DNA of 24,000 nt from Oscillospiraceae bacterium (GTDB lineage: Bacteria > Bacillota > Clostridia > Oscillospirales > Ruminococcaceae). The stretch covers positions 1,096 to 25,095 of the forward strand of contig JAFTZY010000062.1 of the NCBI GenBank assembly GCA_017460955.1, written 5' to 3'. Made by a program: the position numbers and the translations under genes. Positions 10,213-18,454 of this stretch are shown here, in pieces; position 1 is the stretch's first letter; each line of letters begins with the position of its first letter. Below the pieces are notes generated by a model. That model was not told the origin of the DNA, did no database searches, and saw only the letters and a program-made list of their open reading frames with translations.

Positions 10213-11097
10213 ATGGGTGATTTTTTCCGCAGCGTCAAGTTCAGGGTCATCCTCTGCATCCTGGCGCTGCTTGTCGGCGTGATGATCTATGCCGTGTCCA
10301 TGGGCGGCTATACCATCAGTACCGTGGGGATCTTCAATACCGTCGCCGCGCCCTTCCAGCGGGCCTCCAATGCCATTTCCACCCGCGTGGAGCACGCATT
10401 GCAGGTCTACGGCGACGCGGAGGATACCTTCGAGGAGAACCGCGCACTGCGCCGGGAGGTCGCCGAGCTGCACACACAGCTGTCCGGATATGAGGATACA
10501 CGGCAGGAGCTCGAGGAGCTCCAGGCCTTCATGGGCATCAAGGAACGGCATGAGGACTACACCCTGTCCGCCCCCTGTGAGGTCATCGGCTTTGTGACCA
10601 ATGACCCCTACGGGGCGTTCATGATCGACGGGGGCGAGGAGGACGGGATCCACCTGTACGATCCGGTGGTCACCGAGCTCGGGCTCGTGGGCATCGTCTC
10701 GGAGCTCGGCGCACAGACGTCCACCGTCACCACCATCCTTTCCCCGGACCTGAACATCGCCGCCTGCTCGAGCTCTGCCGGTGACCGCGGCGTGCTGACC
10801 GGAACGGTCGCCCTCTCCCAGGAGGGACTGTGCAAGCTGCAATACCTCAGCCGCGATACCAAGATGAAGAAGGAGCAGGTCATCCTGACCACGGGTGAGA
10901 ACGGACTGTTCCCCCGCGGCTATGTCATCGGCTATGTCAAGGATGTGCAGCCCGATGATTCGGGTATGACCGCGTATGCCGCCGTGGAGCCGGCAGCGGA
11001 CCTGTCGGGCATGGCCAAGGTCGTGGTCATCACCGACTTTGCCGGCAAGGGACGGCTCACGGAGAAGGAGGCGCAGACGGATGCTGACGGGCAGTAA
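10213..11097 (+). CDS. mreC: Rod shape-determining protein MreC
   Basis: N-terminal TM segment, coiled coil (ENRALRREVAELHTQLSGYEDTRQELEEL), then a beta-rich domain (PVVTELGLVGIVSELGAQTSTVTTI; GLFPRGYVIGYV). The start could be GTG 10204 or ATG 10213. Confidence 0.85.
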   Translation: MGDFFRSVKFRVILCILALLVGVMIYAVSMGGYTISTVGIFNTVAAPFQRASNAISTRVEHALQVYGDAEDTFEENRALRREVAELHTQLSGYEDTRQELEELQAFMGIKERHEDYTLSAPCEVIGFVTNDPYGAFMIDGGEEDGIHLYDPVVTELGLVGIVSELGAQTSTVTTILSPDLNIAACSSSAGDRGVLTGTVALSQEGLCKLQYLSRDTKMKKEQVILTTGENGLFPRGYVIGYVKDVQPDDSGMTAYAAVEPAADLSGMAKVVVITDFAGKGRLTEKEAQTDADGQ

Positions 11098-11641
11098 GTC
11101 GCAGGAGCGCCGGCATGTCCTGCTGCAGATCGTGCAGTGGGTGCTGTTTGCGCTGCTCATCGCCGTGTGCTTCCTCCTCGAGACCGCCGGGAGCTTTCTG
11201 AAGCCCCTGCTCCTCATCCCGCTCGCACTGTGCATCGCCTCCCACTGCGGGGAGATCCAGGCGACCGCCGTCGGGATGATCGCGGGCTTTCTCATTGACC
11301 TCGGATGCGGCCGCTTCCTCGGGAGCAATGCCGTGCTTCTGGTCATTTTCTGTGTGGCCGTCTCGCTCCTGTACCGGTACTATCTTAGACAGAAGCTCCT
11401 GAACATCGTGCTGCTCACGGCCGTGTGCGCCTTTGCACAGGGGTATCTCGACTACATGTTCTGCTACGGCATCTGGGGACTTGCGGATGTGGGGCTGCTC
11501 TACCGGCATGTGACACTGCCCGTGAGCCTGATGACCACCGCTTCCTCGGTGCTGCTGTATTTTCCGGTGGGGCTCATCGCCCGCAAATGCGGGAACCGCC
11601 GGACCTATGAGCTGGAAAAAATGCCCGAATACCGGGATTGA
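11081..11641 (+). CDS. mreD: Rod shape-determining protein MreD
   Basis: The internal ATG at 11081 follows GAGAAGGAGG. The product is a 186-aa, 5-TM hydrophobic protein in the canonical position after mreC, overlapping mreC by 17 nt. The assignment rests on position and topology. Confidence 0.7.
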   Translation: MLTGSKSQERRHVLLQIVQWVLFALLIAVCFLLETAGSFLKPLLLIPLALCIASHCGEIQATAVGMIAGFLIDLGCGRFLGSNAVLLVIFCVAVSLLYRYYLRQKLLNIVLLTAVCAFAQGYLDYMFCYGIWGLADVGLLYRHVTLPVSLMTTASSVLLYFPVGLIARKCGNRRTYELEKMPEYRD

Positions 11642-11654
11642 GACGGAGGGACGC

Positions 11655-13646
11655 ATGAGGACCATTTCCGAATATCTGAAAATGTCGCTGGCCGTGCTGT
11701 GCGTGCTTGTCTGTGCGGTGCTGTGCGCCATGCGGCTCATGAAGATCCAGGTGGTCAATTCCCAGGCCTATACCCGCGGGGAGATCGTGACCACCACCTA
11801 TACCCAGAAGCTCCCCGCCACCCGTGGGGAGATCGTCGATGCCAAGGGGCTGACCCTCATCGGGAACCATGTGAGCTATGCGGTCGTCATCGACGAGAAG
11901 AGCTTCCCGGCGGAGAACGGGCGCGGCAATGCCATATTGCTCGATCTTGCCCGGATGCTCACCGAGGACGGCACGGAATGGACGGACACCCTGCCCATCT
12001 CGCAGGAGTACCCCTACACCTTCCTGCCCGACACGGAGACTGCAAAGCTCGATGCCATGAAGCGCAAGATCGGCGTGAATGCCTATGCGACCGCACCCAA
12101 CTGCATGGACGTGCTGTGCGAGACCTACGGCATTTCCGAGAACCTCTCCCATGAGGAGCAGCGCATCATCGCCGGTATACGGTATACCATGCTCGACGAC
12201 GATTTCTCGATGTCCAACCGCTTTGAGCTGGCACGGGACCTGAATATGCGCACGGTCACCAAGATCTCGGAGCTGTCCCTGCAATTGCAGGGCGTTTCCA
12301 TCGAGCAGACCGCCGAGCGGGCGATCGAGGTGGGCGATGTGCTGCCCCATGAGCTGGGCACGACCGGCCCCATCTTTGCCGAGAATGCGGACGAATACCT
12401 CGCCCTCGGCTATGACCTCGACGCCATCGTCGGCATCAGCGGCATCGAGCGTGCCATGGAGTCCGAGCTCCAGGGCGATGAGGGCGTGCGCACCATCACC
12501 TTTGAGAACGGCATCCCCGTGTCCGACGAGATCACCGATCCCATGGAGCCGGGCCATACCGTGCGCCTGACCGTGAACAGTGAGTTCCAGCGCGGCCTCC
12601 AGGAGATCCTCGACAATTTCCTTGCCCGCTTCAAGGCCATCAACCAGCGCCCGGAGCTGTGGAAGAACGACGTGCGCAGCGGTGCCATCGTCGTGCTCGA
12701 TGCCAGGACCGGAGCGGTCCTCGGCGAGGTCACAGCCCCCACCTACGACCTGACACTGTATTCCGAGCACTATGACGAGCTCCTCGCCGACGAGGGCAAG
12801 CCCCTGTTCAACCGCGCCACCCAGGGCCTCTACCGCCCCGGCTCGACCTTCAAGACCATCACCGCCACTGCCGGCCTCAACGAGGGGATCGTGAACGGCA
12901 ATACCTCCTTCAACTGCACAAGGCGCTATCACTATATCGATACCAATTACAGCTGTACCGGCACGCACGGGTATATCGCCGTGGCACAGGCACTGCGGGT
13001 GTCGTGCAACTCGTATTTCTATGAGCTGTCCAAGCGCCTGACGATCGACAAGATCGCCGATTATGCGTACCTCTACGGCATCGGTCAGAATACCGGCATC
13101 GAGACCGCGGACGCCGCCGGCTGGATGGCAACGCCCGAGAAGTACAAGGAGCTCCATGAGCAGTGGACGGTCGGCCAGGTCCTCCAGGCCGGCATCGGCA
13201 ACGGCGACACCATGGTCACCCCCCTGCAGCTGGCATGCGTGGCCAATACCATCGCCAACGACGGCGTGCGCTACCAGCCCTACCTCGTGGACAGCGTCTG
13301 GGATTACAACATGGACAAATGCATCGAAAAGACCAAGCCCACCGTCGCCGCGACCATTGACCTGCAATACGACTATGTGTACGACTACGTCGAGCAGGGC
13401 ATGATCCTTGCCTCCGGAAACGGCTTCCCGTCGAAGTATTCCCTCCAGGATCTGGGCTATAAGGTCGCCGTCAAGACCGGTACGCCCCAGGTCGCCAGCC
13501 GCGTGCAGGACTCCGTGTTCATCGGCTATGCACCCGCCGATGACCCGAAGATCGCCTTCGCCGGCATCGTCGAGGGCGGGGAATACTCCAAGTATATGAT
13601 CCGCTCCATTCTCAAGCTCTATGAGGATGTCTACGGGATGGAATGA
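11655..13646 (+). CDS. mrdA: Penicillin-binding protein 2 (elongation transpeptidase)
   Basis: N-terminal TM anchor with the SXXK (GSTFKTIT), SXN (RVSCNSY) and KTG (VKTGTPQ) motifs. ATG 11655 follows GGAGGG; the ORF track start at 11607 overlaps mreD. Confidence 0.85.
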   Translation: MRTISEYLKMSLAVLCVLVCAVLCAMRLMKIQVVNSQAYTRGEIVTTTYTQKLPATRGEIVDAKGLTLIGNHVSYAVVIDEKSFPAENGRGNAILLDLARMLTEDGTEWTDTLPISQEYPYTFLPDTETAKLDAMKRKIGVNAYATAPNCMDVLCETYGISENLSHEEQRIIAGIRYTMLDDDFSMSNRFELARDLNMRTVTKISELSLQLQGVSIEQTAERAIEVGDVLPHELGTTGPIFAENADEYLALGYDLDAIVGISGIERAMESELQGDEGVRTITFENGIPVSDEITDPMEPGHTVRLTVNSEFQRGLQEILDNFLARFKAINQRPELWKNDVRSGAIVVLDARTGAVLGEVTAPTYDLTLYSEHYDELLADEGKPLFNRATQGLYRPGSTFKTITATAGLNEGIVNGNTSFNCTRRYHYIDTNYSCTGTHGYIAVAQALRVSCNSYFYELSKRLTIDKIADYAYLYGIGQNTGIETADAAGWMATPEKYKELHEQWTVGQVLQAGIGNGDTMVTPLQLACVANTIANDGVRYQPYLVDSVWDYNMDKCIEKTKPTVAATIDLQYDYVYDYVEQGMILASGNGFPSKYSLQDLGYKVAVKTGTPQVASRVQDSVFIGYAPADDPKIAFAGIVEGGEYSKYMIRSILKLYEDVYGME

Positions 13647-13736
13647 AGCAGCGCGAATTCTTCGTCATAATCCATAATTTCAGAAGGTGCAAATGCAGTA
13701 CTTTGCACAATTTTGCAGAAAAAACCGCAAATCAAT

Positions 13737-13764
13737 TTGACAAAACAGAGATTTGTGTTATAAT
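13737..13764 (+). promoter_or_regulatory. Near-consensus sigma-70-type promoter of the minD-like gene
   Basis: TTGACA (13737-13742), a 16-nt spacer, then the extended -10 TGtTATAAT (TATAAT at 13759-13764), in an AT-rich 180-nt spacer. Confidence 0.6.
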
Positions 13765-13826
13765 GATAAGTAGGTATGAATTTAACGGTTGATCCGTTTG
13801 CTGATATCCGGAAAGGAGATTTTTCC

Positions 13827-14570
13827 ATGGCGAAAGAACCGAAACTGATTGCGGTGACCTCCGGCAAGGGCGGGACGGGCAAATCCTCGATTTGCTACGG
13901 CATCGGCTATACACTTGCCAAGCAGGGCAACCGCACCCTCATCATCGAGCTTGACTTCGGACTGCGGTGTCTGGACATCATGTTCGGCATGTCCGGCAGT
14001 GTGCAGTATGACCTGGGGGATGTGCTGAATGGAAAGAAGGAGATCCTGGATGCCTGCACCCATGTGCCGACGGCCAGCAACCTGAGCATTCTGTGCGCAC
14101 CGAAGGATGCGTTCATGACGGTCACGGCCGAGCAGGTGGTCGATATCTGTAAGCGGATCCGCAAGTACTTCGACTTTATCATCATTGACACCGGTGCCGG
14201 CATCAACTCGCATGTATTCGACATCGTGGAGCAGGCGAACCTGATCCTTGTGGTGACCACACCCGATCCGATCTGCATCCGCGACGCGACGATGATGTCC
14301 GACGAGTTCTACACCCGCGGCAACAAGCGTCAGCGCCTGATCGTCAACAAGCTGAGCAAGAAAGACATCTCGAGCCACATGATCACCGACCTCGATGAGA
14401 TCATTGACAAGGTCGGCATCCAGCTCATCGGCGTGATCCCGGAGGATTTCGCCCTGAAGGAAGCCACCGGCAAGGGCACACCGCTGTCCCCGGAGGCACC
14501 GAGCCTGATGGCATTCGATGCCATCTCCAAGCGCCTGACCGGAGAGCAGGTGCCGCTGGTCATCAAGTGA
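13827..14570 (+). CDS. minD: MinD-family P-loop ATPase lacking the C-terminal amphipathic helix
   Basis: ATG 13827 follows AAAGGAG. Deviant Walker A LIAVTSGKGGTGKSS, plus ELDFGLRCLDIMFG, FIIIDTGAG, TPDPICIRDA and LIGVIPED are collinear with MinD. The product ends ...KRLTGEQVPLVIK. Confidence 0.8.
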   Translation: MAKEPKLIAVTSGKGGTGKSSICYGIGYTLAKQGNRTLIIELDFGLRCLDIMFGMSGSVQYDLGDVLNGKKEILDACTHVPTASNLSILCAPKDAFMTVTAEQVVDICKRIRKYFDFIIIDTGAGINSHVFDIVEQANLILVVTTPDPICIRDATMMSDEFYTRGNKRQRLIVNKLSKKDISSHMITDLDEIIDKVGIQLIGVIPEDFALKEATGKGTPLSPEAPSLMAFDAISKRLTGEQVPLVIK

Positions 14571-14578
14571 CCGGCAAG

Positions 14579-14624
14579 GCAGGGAGAAAAGCCCTGCGCG
14601 GCGGGGAGGGAAGCCCCGTTTTCT
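14579..14624 (+). terminator. Putative intrinsic terminator after the minD-like gene (two tandem hairpins)
   Basis: First hairpin GCAGGG-agaaaag-CCCTGC at 14579-14597. Second hairpin CGGGG-agggaag-CCCCG at 14602-14618, followed by TTTTCT. Confidence 0.5.
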
Positions 14625-14663
14625 AAGAATAAGGCCGCACAGCGGCGGAAGGGAATGAGAAGA

Positions 14664-15065
14664 ATGACAATCGCTTTAATTGCTCATGACGCCAAGAAGG
14701 AGCTGATGGTGCAGTTTTGCATCGCATACTGCGGGATCCTGTCCAGATACAATCTTTGTGCGACGGGAACGACCGGTAAGGTGGTCGGGGAGGCTACGGG
14801 CCTGCCGATCCAGAAATATTTCAGCGGCTCACAGGGCGGCGGCGAACAGATCGCAGCCCGCATCTCCTGCAATGAGGTCGATGTGCTGCTGTTCTTCCGT
14901 GATCCGAATGCCAAATCCGCAGAGCCGAATGACATGACGCTCCTGCGCCTGTGCGATGTCCATAATGTGCCGCTGGCGACCAACATCGCCACAGCGGAGG
15001 CATTGATCATGGCATTGGAGCGCGGCGATCTGGATTGGCGTGAGATCGGCAATCCGTCGCTCTGA
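14664..15065 (+). CDS. mgsA: Methylglyoxal synthase
   Basis: MTIALIAHDAKKELMVQF...LCATGTTGKVV...SGSQGGGEQIAARI...DVLLFFRDP...DMTLLRLCDVHNVPLATN. ATG 14664 lies 9 nt after GGAAGGGA; ATG 14655 is an alternative. Confidence 0.9.
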   Translation: MTIALIAHDAKKELMVQFCIAYCGILSRYNLCATGTTGKVVGEATGLPIQKYFSGSQGGGEQIAARISCNEVDVLLFFRDPNAKSAEPNDMTLLRLCDVHNVPLATNIATAEALIMALERGDLDWREIGNPSL

Positions 15066-15159
15066 AGGAAACGAAACACATGAGTGCAGTCTGCTGTGGG
15101 GATCCGCCGGTCACCGGTGAACGATGCAGCAGACTTTTCTATGCAGAATGGAGGCATCT

Positions 15160-16452
15160 ATGGCATTACTGAAACGACCCAACGGCACCGAGGACATCCT
15201 GCCCGGTGCATCCGAGGAATGGCAGGCACTTGAGGGCCTGCTGCGCCGGACGGCACAGGTCTCGGGATTCCGGGAGATCCGCATCCCCACCTTTGAACAG
15301 ACCGAGCTCTTCTCCCGCGGCGTGGGGGAGACCACCGACGTTGTGCAAAAGGAAATGTACACCGTCACCGCGAAGGAAAGCAGCTTTACCCTGCGCCCCG
15401 AGGGCACGGCCGGCACCATCCGTGCGATCCTGCAAAACGGCCTTCTCAACGAGGCCCTGCCGCAGCGCGTCTACTACATCCTCTCGTGCTTCCGGCATGA
15501 GCGGCCGCAGGCGGGCAGACTGCGCGAGTTCCACCAGTTCGGCGTGGAAATGGCCGGCTCCCCGGATCCTTCCGCCGATGCGGAGGTCATCTCCCTGGCA
15601 CACCAGATCATCACGGAGCTGGGCGTGAAGGATGTCGCACTGCACATCAATTCCATCGGCTGCCCCGAATGCCGGAGGAAGTACCATGAAGCCCTGCGTG
15701 CCTATTTCCTGCCGCATAAGGCGGAGCTCTGCGAGACCTGCCAGGAGCGCCTGGACAAGAATCCCATGCGCCTGCTCGACTGCAAGAGCCCCATCGACAA
15801 GGAGATCGGCAAGGATGCTCCGGTCATCCTCGACTATCTGTGCGAGGAGTGCAGCAGCCACTTTGAGAAGCTGAAAACCTACCTCGACCTTCTCGGGATC
15901 GCCTATTCCGTGGACCCGAAGATCGTCCGGGGTCTGGATTACTACACCAAGACCGTGTTCGAGTTCGTCACGACCAGCATCGGCGCACAGGGGACCGTCT
16001 GCGGCGGCGGCCGGTATGACGGCCTCATCGAGCAGCTCGGCGGCCCTGCCACACCGGCACTGGGCTTCGGTATGGGCCTTGAGCGCATGCTGCTCACACT
16101 GCACAGCCAGGGCACGGATCTGTCACAGCCGGCGCCGTGCGATCTGTACATCGTCCCCATGGGCGGGGCGGCGGCCGAACGTGCCATGCAGCTTGCGGCG
16201 ACCCTGCGGCGTGAGGGCAGTGCCGCACAGACCGATGTGATGGGCCGGTCCCTGCGCGCACAGATGAAGTATGCCGACAAGATCGGCGCACGCTTTACCA
16301 TGGTCATCGGCGACAATGAGCTTGCGGCAGGTGAGGCAGTGCTGAAGAACATGAAGAGCGGCGAGAAGATCAGCCTGCGGCTCGATGACAGCTTTGCACA
16401 GGCCTTCTCCGATATCGAGATCGCCGACCGTCTTGCACTCGGGAACGAGTGA
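15160..16452 (+). CDS. hisS: Histidine--tRNA ligase
   Basis: MALLKRPNGTEDILPGASEEW, TELFSRGVGETTDVVQKEMYT, FRHERPQAGRLREFHQFGVE and GGGRYDGLIEQLGG. GGAGG RBS sits 5 nt before ATG 15160. Confidence 0.9.
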   Translation: MALLKRPNGTEDILPGASEEWQALEGLLRRTAQVSGFREIRIPTFEQTELFSRGVGETTDVVQKEMYTVTAKESSFTLRPEGTAGTIRAILQNGLLNEALPQRVYYILSCFRHERPQAGRLREFHQFGVEMAGSPDPSADAEVISLAHQIITELGVKDVALHINSIGCPECRRKYHEALRAYFLPHKAELCETCQERLDKNPMRLLDCKSPIDKEIGKDAPVILDYLCEECSSHFEKLKTYLDLLGIAYSVDPKIVRGLDYYTKTVFEFVTTSIGAQGTVCGGGRYDGLIEQLGGPATPALGFGMGLERMLLTLHSQGTDLSQPAPCDLYIVPMGGAAAERAMQLAATLRREGSAAQTDVMGRSLRAQMKYADKIGARFTMVIGDNELAAGEAVLKNMKSGEKISLRLDDSFAQAFSDIEIADRLALGNE

Positions 16453-16474
16453 CGCAATACAGGAGGGAATACAT

Positions 16475-18262
16475 ATGGCAGAAGCAATGGGAACGCTGCG
16501 CCGGACACACGGCTGCGGCGAGGTCACGGAGCCGGGACTGGAGGTCACCGTCGGCGGCTTCGTGCAGTATATGCGCAACAAGAACAAGGTCATCTTCATC
16601 GTCCTGCGCGACCGCAGCGGTGAGGTGCAGCTGGTGTTCAACGACGAGACGGACAGAGCCATCTTCGAGAAGGCAGCCTCCGTGCGCAATGAGTATGTGC
16701 TCCTGGTCAAGGGCAGGTCCGTGACCCGTCAGGACATCAATCCGAACATGAAGACCGGCCGGATCGAGATCATCGCCGAGGAGATCCGCATCCTTGCCAA
16801 GGCCGAGCCCACGCCCTTTGTCATCATGGATGACACGAACGCCAGCGAGGAGCAGCGCCTGAAATACCGCTACCTTGACCTGCGCCGTCCGTCCCTGCAA
16901 AAAAACCTCATCATGCGCCATAGGATCGCAAAGTGCGCCAGAGAGTACTTCTACGCCAATGATTTTATCGAGATCGAAACGCCCATGATGATGAAGTCCA
17001 CGCCCGAGGGCGCCCGCGACTACCTCATCCCCTCGAGAGTGCATCCGGGGGAGTTCTATGCCCTGCCGCAGTCCCCGCAGATCTACAAGCAGCTTCTGAT
17101 GGTCGCCGGCATGGAGCGCTATATCCAGATCGCCAGATGCTTCCGGGATGAGGACCTGCGTGCCGACCGCCAGCCGGAATTCACCCAGATCGACCTGGAG
17201 ATGTCCTTTGTCGATGTGGAGGACATCCTTGCGCTCACCGAGGGCTTTGTCAAAAAGCTTCTGCACGATGTACTCGGCCGTGAGCTCGAGACGCCCCTGC
17301 CCCGGCTGTCCTACGCCGAGGCCATGGCACGCTACGGCTCGGACAAGCCCGATACGCGCTTCGGGATGGAGCTCCAGGATGTGTCCGACCTTGTGAAGGA
17401 CAGCGATTTCGGCGTATTCTCCGGCGCCGTGCAGGCGGGCGGCAGCGTGCGCTGCATCGTGGCCAAGGATGCCGCGAAGATCCTCTCGCGCAAGGAGATC
17501 GACAAGCTGACGGAATTCGTCCGCGGCATCGGTGCCAAGGGCCTTGCCTTCATCCGCTGGGCCGACGAGAAGCCCAACTGCTCGTTTGCAAAGTTCTTCA
17601 CGCCCGAAGCACTCGATGCGCTTTTGCAGCGCGTGGGCGCACAGCAGGGCGATGTGGTGCTCTTTGTGGCCGATAAGAATGCCGTGACACTGCCCGTGCT
17701 GGGCGCACTGCGTCTGGAGGTGGCAAGGAAGCTCGACCTCATCCCCGAGGGACAGCTCAATTTCCTGTGGATCACGCAGTTCCCGTTCTTCGAGTGGGAT
17801 GAGGACAGCGGGACGTGGCTTGCCATGCACCATCCCTTCACCATGCCGGAGGATGCGTGCCTGCCGTATCTGGAGAGCGATCCGGGCAGAGTTACTGCCA
17901 AGGCCTATGACCTTGTGCTCAACGGCGTGGAGCTGTGCTCCGGGTCGATGCGTATCACCGATTATGAGCTCCAGGAGAAGATGTTCCGGGCACTGGGCCT
18001 GACGGACGAGGAGATCTCGGCCAAGTTCGGCTTCCTCGTGGAGGCCTATCACTACGGCGCACCGCCGCACGGCGGCCTGGGCATCGGTCTGGACCGACTG
18101 TCCATGGTGCTGTGCGAGGCCGAGAGCCTGCGCGATGTCGTGGCCTTCCCGAAGGTGAAGGATGCCTCCGAGCTCATGAGCGCATGCCCGTCCCCGGTCG
18201 AGCCGGAAAATCTCGATGTGCTGGGCATCATGGTCAAGCCCGCAGCACCCGAAACCGAATGA
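16475..18262 (+). CDS. aspS: Aspartate--tRNA ligase (bacterial type)
   Basis: ATG 16475 follows AGGAGGG. THGCGEV...FIVLRDRSGEVQLVF, RYLDLRR, FIEIETPMMMKSTPEGARDYL, QSPQIYKQLLM, FRDEDLRADRQPEFTQID and GAPPHGGLGIGLDRL. Confidence 0.95.
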   Translation: MAEAMGTLRRTHGCGEVTEPGLEVTVGGFVQYMRNKNKVIFIVLRDRSGEVQLVFNDETDRAIFEKAASVRNEYVLLVKGRSVTRQDINPNMKTGRIEIIAEEIRILAKAEPTPFVIMDDTNASEEQRLKYRYLDLRRPSLQKNLIMRHRIAKCAREYFYANDFIEIETPMMMKSTPEGARDYLIPSRVHPGEFYALPQSPQIYKQLLMVAGMERYIQIARCFRDEDLRADRQPEFTQIDLEMSFVDVEDILALTEGFVKKLLHDVLGRELETPLPRLSYAEAMARYGSDKPDTRFGMELQDVSDLVKDSDFGVFSGAVQAGGSVRCIVAKDAAKILSRKEIDKLTEFVRGIGAKGLAFIRWADEKPNCSFAKFFTPEALDALLQRVGAQQGDVVLFVADKNAVTLPVLGALRLEVARKLDLIPEGQLNFLWITQFPFFEWDEDSGTWLAMHHPFTMPEDACLPYLESDPGRVTAKAYDLVLNGVELCSGSMRITDYELQEKMFRALGLTDEEISAKFGFLVEAYHYGAPPHGGLGIGLDRLSMVLCEAESLRDVVAFPKVKDASELMSACPSPVEPENLDVLGIMVKPAAPETE

Positions 18263-18341
18263 CCCCTGTGCGGGACTGCATCTGCGTGCGGTCCCGCTTA
18301 TGGCTTTTCGGAAAAATTCAGAATATTTTTCGCAAAAGCCC

Positions 18342-18370
18342 TTGCCATTTGCTGTGAAAAATGCTATAAT
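18342..18370 (+). promoter_or_regulatory. Near-consensus sigma-70-type promoter of the unknown membrane protein gene
   Basis: TTGCCA (18342-18347), a 17-nt spacer, then the extended -10 TGcTATAAT (TATAAT at 18365-18370). Confidence 0.65.
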
Positions 18371-18454
18371 AGAAGGGTACATAACGCAACATGGAAAGGA
18401 ATGCCCGTGTCCGCCGGGATCTGCCGGCGAAGCGGGGCAACGGTCGATAATGCT

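Noticed and set aside
11574-13367. A 597-aa minus-strand ORF lies antisense to mrdA. There are analogous long antisense ORFs at 3659-4828 (murC), 8825-9730 and 9379-10140 (mreB), 10174-11346 (mreC/mreD) and 6215-6937 (U32).
   Set aside because: This is the same high-GC shadow effect. In every case the opposite strand carries a well-recognised housekeeping gene with an RBS and sensible gene spacing.
15111-15120. A perfect 10-bp palindrome, TCACCGGTGA, lies in the hisS leader.
   Set aside because: About twenty 10-bp palindromes are expected by chance in a 24-kb window. It has no supporting context beyond the stem discussed in the findings.
16370-18382. A 670-aa minus-strand ORF lies antisense to aspS. 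Further antisense ORFs are 19622-21331 minus (antisense to xylA) and 21249-22604 plus (antisense to xylB).
   Set aside because: These are shadow ORFs. They span known terminators and promoters, lack RBSs, and translate to low-complexity His/Gly/Asp/Ala-rich sequence.
18391-18450. A 19-codon upstream ORF (MERNARVRRDLPAKRGNGR) lies in the leader of the unknown membrane protein gene and ends 4 nt before ATG 18455.
   Set aside because: It has no RBS, and its frame competes with the alternative long start at 18401. Nothing distinguishes it from chance, so I mention it only as context for the uncertain start codon.
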